Of a DNA stretch of 64,000 nt, positions 14,936 to 28,127 are shown piece after piece. Under the pieces are notes generated by a model, which was not told the DNA's origin, ran no database searches, and was given only the letters and a program-made list of their open reading frames with translations. The DNA is from Octopus vulgaris (taxonomy: Eukaryota), in the NCBI GenBank assembly GCA_951406725.2, contig OX597827.1, forward strand, positions 46,252,001 to 46,316,000, in the 5' to 3' direction. The position numbers and the translations under genes were made by a program. How positions within the stretch are numbered: position 1 is the first letter of the stretch; each line of letters starts with the position of its first letter.

Positions 14936-15139
14936 TACGTATATATATACATATATATTCAAACATATAAGGGATGGCCATAATAGGACATCCGACTCAC
15001 TAGAAAGAGCAGCCAAACTCCAAACCACTAATAGTTGTAATTCTGAAATGGAAAGAGAAATAAAAACGTTTACCCTCTCCTTTCCGGACTATGCATAGTT
15101 TCGGCAATCTTTTGTAAATAAATTAATTTAATATATATG

Positions 15140-15192
<53 letters not shown>

Positions 15193-15249
15193 TAATAAAT
15201 AAATAAAACATATGCATATATACATACATATATGTACGTACCTACCTCT

Positions 15250-15745
15250 AGATGTATATATACATGCATATATGGGTACAGGACACCAAAAAAACGTCGA
15301 ACACAATGAGAAACGAAAACATAAACACAAAACCAAGGAAATGGACATTTTTCTTAAACAACGAAACAAAAGAATACAGGACATACAAAACAACGAAAAT
15401 TCCCCTTCTTCAGTCTCCTTTGTTTCATCTACTTCACGTTTCAAAGGTCAAGGCGATATATGACTTTAATGAAACAATCCTTCCCGCGAAAATGAAATTA
15501 AATAAAATTTGAGATTTTTTTGCGGAGGGGTAAAATGGTAACAAAAACAGGACAGTAACGACAGTACAAAATATAAACAGTAAAAGACAGGACAAGGAGA
15601 ATAACAGTAACACAAACAAGAAGGGCTGTTAAGCCGAACGAGATAAAATTTTCTTCTCCTGGCTACCTTCAAGTAGAGACGGCACATCTGTTGCTCCCTC
15701 GCCGTTCTCAAAAAATAGCGTTCGTAAAAAAAATTTCCTTGGTTA
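15250..15745 (-). mobile_element. Interspersed repeat in TA microsatellites, probably a Penelope-like 3' end
   Basis: Homologous to 25020-25345 (shared ATATATGGGTACAGGAC, CCCCTTC(A/T)TCAG, GGTAACAAAAACAGGACAG, AAGGGCTGTTAAG). Confidence 0.55.
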
Positions 15746-15847
<102 letters not shown>

Positions 15848-15859
15848 ATATACAATGTG

Positions 15860-17035
15860 CGGTGTGCGTAAGATATTTGAGGACAGATTTGTGTTTATAT
15901 AAAAAAAAAACAGATATATAATAACAGACAATAACTTTATGCTATGAAAATGAAAATAAGCCTTCTTTTCTATAATGTTATTCAATAAAGCCACCTTCAG
16001 CTTCAACAACTGCTTCTATATGAGATCTTTCAAAGAATCTTTTGCGTTATGGGCGTCTTCATTGGCCTCTCTCTCAAAAACGCTGAACATGTAATAGTCC
16101 AATGGATTGAGATTTGGGGCATTAGGAGGCCAAATGTTTGGTGTTATGTAATCATGAAAATTCTCAGCCATCCATTTCTGTGTTACTAGAGCCATGTCTG
16201 GTGGTGCAGAGTTTTACTGAAACACATATGACTTTCCATTGCATATACTGTGTATCCAGGACTTAACAATTATTTCCAGAACCTCAATGTAGAAGGCAAA
16301 GTGAACTCTAAGGCCTTGTGAAAAGAAGTAAGAGGCATCACATGTCCTTCATTGCTGATAACCCCTAAAACCATGACAGTTGCAGGAAATTTTGTATGCA
16401 AAACACTTGGAACTTCAGAAGGATCCGTACATAACTATCTGTTATTTCTTCCGTTAACTTTCTGATGTTAGTCGAAGTTTTTCTCGTTTGAGAAAAACCA
16501 AATCAAATCTTCTACTGGATTTTTCGGTTTCTTTAACGGCCTTTTAGATCTGATGTAGTAATTTTCTTTCGCTTTTTCTGACAAATTGACCTTTCCTCAT
16601 CATATAAGACTTATATCTAATGTCTTCGGGGACATTTCTGACTGTTCCTTCTGACGCATGGAGATCTTTTGCAATTGACCTCATAGACTTTCTGGGATTG
16701 TAATCAATGGTCTGTTGAACTTATTGCATAAATTCAGGTGTTCTGATGATTTCAGAGCGTTTAGAATGTTTTTATTCTTTGATACTGGTGCTATGTTTCC
16801 ATCTTCAGTCTCTAGCTCCTTACAAACTTTACAGATCTGGCAACTTATAAAAATCGAGATATTTCTAAATTGTTATGCCCAGCCTTCATCATCACAATAA
16901 CAGCATGCCTCTTCATTTCTTGAGTAAGCTGAGTGTCTGATAGCCATTACCATTACTGAAACAAAGATTATACAGAGTTAGCAAAAAATGCAGCAATGAC
17001 ACAAAAAAAAGTATGTCCACAAATACCTTACGTAC
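15860..17035 (-). pseudogene. Decayed maT (DD37D, Tc1/mariner) transposon
   Basis: Minus-strand remnants FFSNEKNFD, YVFQ*NSAP, WPPNAPNLNPLDYY and IEAVVEAEGGFIE*. Imperfect TIRs GCGTAAGATATTTGAGGACA / TGTCCACAAATACCTTACGT. Confidence 0.75.
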
Positions 17036-17904
17036 ATATACCCTACGTACCCTGCATATATATACCTTACGTATATATACCTTGCATATATATATACTTA
17101 AATGTACGTTAGGAGATTTTATTAACCTGATCTGCCTTCGTCCAAAAATGCCGCTCTAGAGGAAATGCTGAGCTGACTTCAGCGGGTTTTGAACTCGGAG
17201 CTCTCTGTCCGACGCTCTAACGACCTGTCAATTCGGCAGCCATGCGTAGTCGAAAACGGTGGTTCTCAACTTTCTTAATATCCGGGCCACGTTCAAAACC
17301 TGGATTTTTTTAAGGGGCCGAACTTCCGCAAAAGAAATAAAACAGAAATCAATTATTATTTTATTCTTTTTTACTTGTTTCAGTCATTTGACTGCGACCT
17401 TGCTGGAGCACCACTTTAAGGGGTTTTAGTCGAACGAATAGACTCCCAAGACTTATTCTTTGTATATATACGACATGCTTCTTTCGGTTTCCGTCTACCA
17501 AATTCACTCACAAGGCTTTGATCGGCCCAAGCAGAAGACACTTGCCCAAGGTGCCACGCTGTGGGACTGAACACGACACCATGTGTTTGGGAAGCAAGGT
17601 TCTTACCATAGACTGAAGACTGTCGGGGGCCACATACGGCCCTTTTATTTATTTATGTTTGCCCCTTGCTCTTTCCAGCTCCTTTCATAAAACTGGAAAC
17701 ACTGCATACTCAGAAAGACTACAATTTTCATAGGAAAATTTTACTGATTATTAATTTAATTCATTTAGAATAATTATGCAAATTATTACGGTAATTTTGT
17801 AATAAAAATATTGCATTTTTACCCAGAAAATTTTATGAAAATTGTGAGAGTAAATTTTCATTTGAGGCTCCATGTTTGGTTCTTTGTGTTTGTGAGTGTG
17901 GTGT

Positions 17905-18150
17905 TGCTGATGGTGGTGGTGGTGGTGGTGGTGGTGGTGGTGGTGGTGGTGGTAGTGGTGGTGGTGACGGCGGAGGTGGTGATGGTGGTAGTTGTTGTGC
18001 TAGTGGTGGCTGTGATAGTGGTGGTGGTGGTGGTGGTGGTGGTGGTGGTGGTGGTGGTGTTAGTGATGGTTGTCATAGCATAGTTGTGGTGGTAATAGTG
18101 CTGATGGTGATAGTTGTGGAGGTCGTGGTCGTCGTGGTGGCGGCGACGGT
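17905..18150. repeat. (GGT)n trinucleotide repeat
   Basis: Directly visible. Confidence 0.95.
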
Positions 18151-18253
18151 AGTTACATGTGTATGCGTCTGCCTGAGCGCACAGTTTATAAAAATGAAGC
18201 TTATATCATGTGTTCCCTACGGACGTTTCACCGTTGCAGTTGTTTGCAACACA

Positions 18254-18286
<33 letters not shown>

Positions 18287-18504
18287 CATCATCATCATCA
18301 TCATCAACAACAACAACAACACTTAAACGCCAGCGTTATTCTTTTGGCATTGCTAACTCTACCCTTTTTCTCATTCTCTCTTCTCCCCTCCCACACACGA
18401 ACATACATACATACACACACACATACACACCCTCACACTCACACACTTATATACTAACGTACACGCATACATACATCATTTACGGATATAAATATAAATA
18501 TACA

Positions 18505-18566
<62 letters not shown>

Positions 18567-18592
18567 CAGCAGCAGCAGCAGCAGCAGCAGCT

Positions 18593-18654
<62 letters not shown>

Positions 18655-18660
18655 TTTTGC

Positions 18661-18694
<34 letters not shown>

Positions 18695-18998
18695 CAGTTT
18701 TTGTGTTGTTGTTTTTTTTTACTGAAGCGGAAATGATTGCCAGACCGGAAATCAGGGGAAATTACTTTAGCTTAACAAGAAGGTTGTATAATAAGAAACA
18801 TACAATCTTGGAAGTGGAACAACTGTGAATTAACTGCAAAAATCAACGTATATAACAAATCATTTTGGCAGACGACCGACCGCCATTGACGTAAAAAGAA
18901 TGTTCGTTTAGCGTTGCGGTGGGGCATGCATGTATGTATGTATGTATGTATGTATGTATGTATGTATGTATGTATGTATGTATGTATGTATGTATGTA

Positions 18999-19029
<31 letters not shown>

Positions 19030-19064
19030 ATGTATGTATGTTTGTATGTATGTATGTATTTATG

Positions 19065-19095
<31 letters not shown>

Positions 19096-19411
19096 GTGTG
19101 TGTGTTTGTGTATGTATGTATGTATGTATGAAAGCATGCATGTATGTATTATGTATGTAACTATGTATGTATGTATGCATGCATGCATGCATGTATGTGT
19201 GTATGTATGTGTGAATGTATGTATGTATGTAAGCGTGTGTGTGTATGCATGTATATAGGTAGGTATTATGCATACATACACACACACATACACACACACA
19301 TACACACACGCGCGCACACGCACACACACATATGTATAATTATGTATTTGTTTTGCAAGATTCCTGATGTGAACTCGTGTTGAAAGATATGTGTGTATAT
19401 GCACAGAAGCG

Positions 19412-19516
<105 letters not shown>

Positions 19517-19784
19517 GTGTGAGCGCATGTATTATGCATGTATGCATGTGCACCTATGTATATGTACATAGATGTATACATATATTTCGATGAAGACGAA
19601 TCAGGCCGACACTTCGAAGTCACTATCAACACTGCTCTTCTTAAAGAATTATAAATATGTATTCTATAAAAAAAAATCATTGAGTTTGTTTTTATTGTAT
19701 CTTGAAATAAACGGGAACATTAATGTATACATACGTACAAACATACATATAGATATGTACGTATATACACACATATACATATTT

Positions 19785-20031
19785 TCTTTTATTTGTTTCA
19801 GTCATTTGACTGCGGCTATGCTGGAGCACCGCCCTTTGTCGAGGAAATCAACCCCAGGACTTATTCTTTGTAAACCTATTGCTTATTCTATCGGGCTCTT
19901 TTGCCAAACCGCTAAGTTACGGGGACGTAAAAACACTAGCATTGGTTGTCAAGTGATGTTGGGAGGACAAACACACACACATACACACACACACACACAT
20001 ACACACATACATACATACATACATACATACA

Positions 20032-20118
<87 letters not shown>

Positions 20119-20290
20119 ATATATATGATGGGCTTCCTTCAGTTTCCGTCTACAAAATCCACTCACAAGGCTTTGGTCGGCCCGAGGCTATAGTAGAAGA
20201 CACTTGTCCAAGGTGGCACGCAGTGCGATTGAACCCGTAACCATGTGGTTGGTAATCAAGCTACATACTACACAGCCACTCCTGCACCTA
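19785..20290 (-). mobile_element. Full-length SINE (GTGGATTTGGTAGACGGAAACTG family) with internal microsatellite
   Basis: Reverse complement of 31470-31930. Confidence 0.85.
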
Positions 20291-21129
20291 TATATATATA
20301 GTCAATCAAATACGAACATAGTCTCATTTTCCCCATTTAATTTGTAAATTTTAATATTTTAACAATTTTAGAAGTGCATTCATGTCTTATAAGATTATGT
20401 TTGTTAATGCCAGTACATAAGCATCTACCTGAAGATTGTTATAAAAGATGGAAATACTTGCAAAATTCTGAGTATCTTGCAAAAATTGTAAAATTCTATA
20501 ACTAATACGCGCGTACACACGCACACACACACACACACAGAGTCATAAACACTGAACTCAGAAATCGAACATGTAAGTCAGCCATGTGCATTATGTCCTG
20601 GTTCATTCCTCTTCCCTTCTTTATTTTCTTCCTGTCTTTCCCTTCTTCCGTGAGCTTTCCTAGTTGCATTTGACGAAGGACTATATCCGAAACGCTAAGC
20701 TTTTACTTTATAACTCTCACTTTATACCCTTTCCCTTCTTTGAGCGTCAACGAAATATCATAGGTTTTTGCGATCATTTTCGCACGTTTCTCATTCAATT
20801 TAATTATCGGGTCATTCAAAGTCAATTTGATAACCGGGTCATTCAAAAAAATTAGCGCTCTGAAATTAGTCGTTCAAATTTATTTTTCGATCATTCAATT
20901 TCTCACTTCGGTCAAAGAATTCAGCATTTACATCATTCAAATTAAAATGTCCGTCGAGAGCATTCAAATTAATCGGAATTCTAGGAATTGTCTTTTCGAG
21001 CATTAAAATTTGTTTCGGAGCAATCTATTTAACATTTCGAGCAATCAAATTTGTACGATAGCTGTTTTGGTTTTATCTCATGACCATTGTTATCATAATC
21101 ATGTGTTTCTATCCATTGTTTATGCTTAA

Positions 21130-21350
21130 CCCTTTAGCATTTAAACCGGCCATATCCAGTCAAAAGTATTCTGCTTGTTTTATGTTCAAACTGGCCATAT
21201 CTGGTCTCTCACACCAACCCTACAATATCGTTTTAAAAATTAACAGCTACCTCATCAAAATCTCATAGCTACAAGATAATACAAGATTAGTTCAAAGCAA
21301 TGTGGATAAAAAAGGATTAATTTTGGCAGAATAATGTGAACACTAAAGGG
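21130..21350. mobile_element. piggyBac-type MITE
   Basis: TTAA|CCCTTTAG...CTAAAGGG|TTAA, with TTAA at 21126-29 and 21351-54. Confidence 0.8.
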
Positions 21351-21761
21351 TTAAACACTCTCTCGTGCCCATGTCTTTTCTATGTGTTTTTTTTTTAATT
21401 TTTGCATTGTATGTTCCTTCTCGAGGCATACCTGGCTCATAAGGGCCGGTTTCCCGGTTTCCTTGGCGTATAGGTTCGATTACAGCGGTTCCAATCGTTG
21501 AGTGATACTTTATTTATCTACCTAGAAAAGATGAAAGGCCAAAGTGACCTCGGCGGGATTTGAACTCGGAATGCAGAGAGTCGAAACATCTGCAGCAAAG
21601 CAATTTTTTTCCGATGCACTAACGATTCTGTCAGCTCACCGCTTATTTTCAATAACGGTTTCTTATCCAGGAATAAGACTAGTAATTTTGAGGGGGGGCG
21701 GATAGTTTTTACCATCAATTCCAAGACTTAACGGGTATTTTATGATAAGCAGGTAGAGGAC

Positions 21762-21922
21762 GAAGAAGAAGAAGAAGAAGAAGAAGAAGAAGAAGAAGAA
21801 GAAGAAGAAGAAGAAGAAGAAGAAGAAGAAGAAGAAGAAGAAGAAGAAGAAGAAGAAGAAGAAGAAGAAGAAGAAGAAGAAGAAGAAGAAGAAGAAGAAG
21901 AAGAAGAAGAAGAAGAAGAAGA
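21762..21922. repeat. Pure (GAA)n tract, ~160 bp
   Basis: Directly visible. Confidence 0.95.
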
Positions 21923-22283
21923 ATGAAAAGGCAGAAACGATAAACGATGAATCTGAAAGAAAAAGATAAACCAGAATTATTTTAATTACCTGTAATTTTA
22001 ATTACACAAGCACACATACACGTACCTGCGCACACGCACACGCATACACACATACCTGCACATCCCTGTGTATATATGTATATATTTATGTCATATCTAT
22101 ATACACACACATATGTATCCATATATATACTTACACACACACATATATATGTATGTATGCGCATATACGCACACACATATACGCCCACACACACACAGAT
22201 ACGGTTACAAACATACACATAGATAAAAACACACAACACACGTACATCAGGTTTTCACACACACTCATAGACACTCACACGCA

Positions 22284-22331
<48 letters not shown>

Positions 22332-22584
22332 ACAACAAAGACACTGAAGTCACAAATAAACATAACTTTTTCTAATTACCTTATCAAAGGTTTTAAAATG
22401 CCTCATTACCATCTTTGATGGTCGACTGAAACAATCATCAATATCATCATCATCATTACCACCACCAACAACAACACCATCATCATCATCATCATCAACA
22501 TCATCATCATCATCATCATCATCACCAGCATCATCGCCATCTTCATCATCGCCATCATCACCGCCATCGTCATCTTCATGGCCG

Positions 22585-22657
<73 letters not shown>

Positions 22658-22708
22658 TATTATTATTATTATTGCTGTTGTTGTTGTCATTAATCAACAG
22701 TCTTTTTC

Positions 22709-22748
<40 letters not shown>

Positions 22749-22863
22749 GTGTCCTTTTTAATGTGCAACCGGGAGCAGCTCTGTTTCCCTCAGTTACACA
22801 AAAAAGAGTGTTTTGTTTTTGGCTTTGTAATATCATCTATTATATTGAAAGTGTATCCTGCAC

Positions 22864-22900
<37 letters not shown>

Positions 22901-22999
22901 TGTGCGCGCGCGCATGTGTGTGTGTGTATGTATGTGTGTGTGTGTGCGCACGTGTGCAAAGTCTAAGAGTCTAATAATGCTATTTTCCGTATGTTGCGT

Positions 23000-23325
23000 C
23001 ACTCGGAGATCAGGACGTCTCTCCAGATTCAACCTCTACTTCTCTAAAATTGAGAGGTCGCAACCCCTGTATTACGAACGTCTGATTAGAACTTTTGTCT
23101 CAGGAAAACAATAACCAGACGGATTATTCAAGCAGGGAACTTAGTGGGTAGAGCAAGAATTAAAGGGTTGGATAGTATCCAGAGCTTCGGTTGGTCAAGC
23201 TTGAGAATCCAGCCAGAAGGTCTAAAGACTGCTGCTTCTGGATATGACCGTATGGAGAAAATGACTGGCAACTCTACTACATCGACCTTCAGCAGGAACA
23301 GTGGGCACACGAGATGGATGGATAT
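23000..23325 (+). pseudogene. 3' end of an RTE-clade LINE (Rex3/Expander-like)
   Basis: Remnants KIERSQ, WLDSIQSFGWSSLRIQPEGLKTAA and VWRK*LATLLHRP match the Rex3/Expander C-terminus. It ends in a GATGGATGGAT tail. Confidence 0.65.
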
Positions 23326-23359
23326 ATGTATGTATGTCTGTGTGTGCGCGCGCATATCA

Positions 23360-23921
23360 TTATTATTATTGAGAGCAGTGCATGCCATCAAAGTGACACT
23401 GGGGTAAAATATATGAAGCCCAGTATACCCATCATGACTTACCTGTCTGATAAGGGTACACCAGGCACATGCATCACAACCATATGTGCACGACATGGTG
23501 ATCTCATATCAAAATAAACAGCGCATGACCTTGCAGGTAGGGCCCAGTTTGAATTTTCTTCTGGTCGAGTAGCCCAGCCCGCTCAAAAGGTCCCTGAATA
23601 AGTATAGTTTAAGGATGTTGAACGAAACACCTATGTTTCCAAAGGTGAATTATCCAAACCTCCAATAATTCCTTTCAACACATGGTTATGATGCTCCCCG
23701 ACTACTTCTGCTCGTGATCAGAGATGCACATATCGTCAGCCACTAAGGGACATGGTCAAAACAGGTTAAGGTCAAACAACTGACAAGCAGATCTGTGGTA
23801 TTGAGCAGAATATTTGCTGTAGCCCATCTTTTATACCAAGACAAAGGAATGTACATGATAACACTTCCAATCAGTTAAGATCAGAAGCCATGAGAGCCAC
23901 TGCCTGGTACTGCATCAGGGC

Positions 23922-23925
<4 letters not shown>
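23360..23925. mobile_element. Non-coding interspersed element bounded by (TTA)n
   Basis: A balanced-composition ~560-bp block flanked by TTA repeats, with no convincing ORF. Confidence 0.45.
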
Positions 23926-24010
<85 letters not shown>

Positions 24011-24260
24011 AGTTTGATTCGGTTCTAAGCGACTTAAAGTTTCTCATGCTAGATTACCGACTGGAGAAGAACAGAATGACTACTGGAAAATGGGCTGCTA
24101 TGATGCTTTGTTAGGAGTGAGATCGAAATTACAGCGACACCAGATGAATTAGTAGGGAAAATTTCTCGGACCATGTGGCTGGACAGGAATCTGGTAGTGT
24201 TATGGTGTCTGGTGGGCCTTTGAAGGGAATTAGAAGCTGACAGAAGCCAGGCCGGCGAGA

Positions 24261-24336
<76 letters not shown>

Positions 24337-24491
24337 TGTGTGCGTATGTATACCAGATGTATGAGTGCGTGTATGTAGGATATTATTGGTTGTATGAGTG
24401 TGTGCGTGAGATATGTGTATGTATATACATACATACATGTATACATACATACACACACACATATATATATACATATATATTATATATAATG

Positions 24492-24546
<55 letters not shown>

Positions 24547-24564
24547 TATATACATACATACATG

Positions 24565-24855
24565 TATCTATATTGTATAGAGGGCATTATTACACATAAA
24601 TGCCTCACACTAGGAGGGACAAAGTCATTACTACCAAAATTATACTAATCATACCCAAATGCAGTTTTTCAAAGCAAGACATTTAAAAATGAATTATGTT
24701 CTGTATCACCGTGATACAGAACATAATTCATTTTTAAATGTCTTGCTTTGAAAAACTGCATTTGGGCATGATTAGTATAATTTTGGTAGTAATGACTTTG
24801 TCCCTCCTAGTGTGAGGCATTTATGTGTAATAATGCCCTCTATACAATATAGATA
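24565..24855. repeat. 291-bp near-perfect palindrome
   Basis: 145-bp arms around a single C at 24710, with one mismatch seen. Confidence 0.95.
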
Positions 24856-25890
24856 TAATTAATTTGTTCAAAAGAAAAAAATTATTTTCGGATTCTTTTC
24901 TTTTATGAGGTTTTCACGCTAGCTACCCGATAATTTCTTGTTAAGATCCCTTATTAAGAGATTATCCTTAATTGTTAAACTCATACATACATGTACATAC
25001 TTACATATATATGTATATATACGTGCATATATGGGTACAGGACATCAAAAAACGTAAACAAGAAAAACTAGAACATGAAATACAAAAACATGGAAAACGA
25101 ACTTTTTTGTACAACGAAAGAAACAAATAGAAAAACGAGACAGGCAGCATAAAGAACAACCCCTTCATCAGTTGTCCACTGTTTTATCTACTCCGCATTT
25201 CGAGCATTAGGACAAGATGAGTCTTCGTCAAAACAGTCGCTTCCGCAAAGCAAATTAAATAAAATTTGGGGTTTGCAGAGGGTCAAAGCTGGTAACAAAA
25301 ACAGGACAGTTGAAACAAATGGTAAGGGCTGTTAAGTCATAACGGGATTAAGTGATGAACGCTGGAGGACAAGCTTTGACAGGAGACAGAAGAAAATGCG
25401 TGCTATCTCTTTTAGCTGAATGAGAAGAAAGAAATTCGAGTTAGAAGAAAGATGGATGCTGGTCACGTGTGAGCAACGAGAGTCAAGGAAGAAGTGTGAG
25501 GGAGAGAGAGGGACAGAAAGAGAACGGGGAAGGGGAGGAGAAGAATTAGAGAATGGGTGAGAGAGAAAAAAGAATATAGAAAGAGAAAAGAAATAGAGCA
25601 ATAAATAATAATAAGTTGATCATTGGTATTAAAAGGTCATAGTTTAATTGTAGTTAAGGACCATTTACAACTGTTTCTGTTTAACAAATCGAAGTAAATT
25701 TGCATTTATCTCGTTCCGTTTAACAAATATCGTCAGAATTATTTAGAGGAATATAAATAGGAGAAAAAGGGGAATGAAAGGAAAAGAAAAAGGCAAAAGA
25801 AAAAGGAAAAGTTCGTTAAGTCTTTAGATTTACATTTTAGTGACTCTTTGGATACGTTTCTTCAATTAGATGAAAGGAGCAGTAAGTATA

Positions 25891-26145
25891 TTGGGTTGGT
25901 GCATAATTATTGCGACTTTTTTCAACAAATTTTATTTAACAAAAACAGTGACAACATCTAACAAAAACATCTTTAAATGATTATTCCGGAGCATGTTCAC
26001 CATCTACTTCAATTACTACGTCCCATTTGCTTGGCAGACGGTCAGAACGCCATTTAAAGATGTTTTTGTTAAATATTATTATTGTTTTTGTTGAATAAAA
26101 TTTGTTGAAAAAAAAAAAATCCGCAATAATTATGCACCAACCCAA
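25891..26145. mobile_element. mariner-derived MITE
   Basis: TIR TTGGGTTGGTGCATAATTATTGCG extends as ~90-bp arms. The centre encodes a transposase C-terminus remnant (RLPSKWDVVIEVDGEH, - strand). Confidence 0.85.
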
Positions 26146-26146
26146 C

Positions 26147-26223
<77 letters not shown>

Positions 26224-26396
26224 GTTTATATATTTGTTGTGCAAGATTTTTTATGTGAAGTCGTGTGTTGAAACAGATATTATTATATTTCGGAATGGTC
26301 ATTTTGCCAGTTTAGCCAATAAAAACACACGCACTATATATTTGGTGTTACTTTGCTTCAGTGTTATTTATTTTTTACATTAATCTTAATCTTATT

Positions 26397-26442
26397 TCGG
26401 CCAGAGTTCTTTCGTCACACTCCTGTGACCGCATCAGTGGTC
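26397..26442 (-). ncRNA. Minimal hammerhead-like motif with variant core
   Basis: Minus strand reads GACCA-CTGATGC-GGTCACA-GGAG-TGTGAC-GAAA-GAACTC-TGGCC. Confidence 0.5.
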
Positions 26443-26645
26443 TTTTGTTTTCTTCTTTCTTATTTGTGTCTCTCCTTACCTACCGTCAGCCATATATATA
26501 TATATATATATATATACATAAAACTATTAGATTCGACCCCTTGTTACTTAAAGTTTCGTAGGTTGGTTACTGGAACACACACACACTTAAATGTGTGTGT
26601 TTATATGTTAGAAAGATAGAGACATGAAGAAATAGACAGACAGAC

Positions 26646-26740
<95 letters not shown>

Positions 26741-27262
26741 ATGTCTCTTCACAACCTTCACAGAATTTTGCCGATACATTTTGAATTGAATTCTGCTTTC
26801 AGTCCAGATACTTTTTTGGTCTTGTACCGCGATCAAAGATCTTCTTCTGTTCCTTTTCTTAGTCTCATCTTTAAAAACTTGTTCTTCTTCTCAGCCAGCG
26901 GTGAAGATTTAAAAAAAAAAAAAGAAGAAAAAAAATTTCTTCTCCATATTTTCTTTCTTTTTCTGATTTCTTTCTCTGCTCCTGTTTTCTTCAGTCTTGT
27001 CAGGTATTTGCCATGTAGTGACTATTCTGGCCATTATCTTAGAATGACATTTAGCTATCCAATTTTCTGTGGGTTTATTTATTTATTTATTTATTTATTT
27101 ATTATTTTATTTTTCTTCGGTACTTTCTGTTGCAGTTTCACCTTTCTCCTCGCATCTGTCTGCTATCTCAACCTCTGTTTTATATTTGTTGCTTTCCTTG
27201 AAGGCAAGAAAATCAGTTTTCTTTTATTTTCTTCCTATTTATTTTATTATTTATTCATCTAT

Positions 27263-27297
<35 letters not shown>

Positions 27298-27639
27298 TTG
27301 CTTTTCGCTTTGCACATGTTTTTCTAGCGATTTGCATTAGTTTTCTCCCTTTATTTATTTATTTATTTATTTCATTAGATAAATCACCTGTCTGATTTTC
27401 CAGTTCGGTCTTGTTGAATTGCTGTTTTTCATTTTGTCTTTTTTTTTTCTATCTTTTTCTTTTACCCTTTCCTTCTTTTTTCCTTTCTTTCTTTTTCTTT
27501 TTTTCTTTTTTTTATTTTTGTGCATCATTCCAGTCCAAAGAAGATTTTAATATCTTTTCCAGCAAATAATTTTAGGTTATCCATGAATAGAAGATAATGG
27601 ATAAATCTGGTTCTTTCTCTCTTTTCGGTAAAATTCTCC

Positions 27640-28032
27640 AAATTGGCTTCAGTGGAATTTCTTCCGGTTCTTTACCTTCAGAGTTCAAATTCCGACGAGT
27701 TTCACATTGGCTTTTTTTTTTCAACATTTCGGGGTCGATGAAATAATCACCAGTTGTGCATTGGGATCGATGTAATCGAATAGACCCCCACTCCACCCCC
27801 ACTAAAGAAAAAAATTTCAGGTCTCGAACCTATAGAAGGGATTGCTGTTATTATTATTAAGGCGGCGATCGTCAGTCTCTACGTCCTGAGTTCAAATTCC
27901 GCCGAAGTCGACTTTACCTTTCATCCTTTCGGGGTTGATAAATTAAGTACCAATCAAATTCTGGGGTCGATGTAATCGACTAGTCCCCTCACCACCCACT
28001 AAATTTCATGCCTTGTGCTTATAGTAGAAAGG

Positions 28033-28035
<3 letters not shown>
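27640..28035 (+). mobile_element. Two Nin/Deu-like SINE copies
   Basis: Matches to the 6784-7700 unit. Confidence 0.7.

Positions 28036-28125
<90 letters not shown>

Positions 28126-28127
<2 letters not shown>

Noticed and set aside
15400-15415. Hammerhead half-core CTGAAGAAGGGG (also CTGATGAAGGGG near 25160-25172, minus strand)
   Set aside because: No matching stem II partner or GAAA was found downstream.
26741-27395. 199-aa hydrophobic ORF
   Set aside because: T-rich low-complexity and (TTTA)n sequence, not a membrane protein signature.
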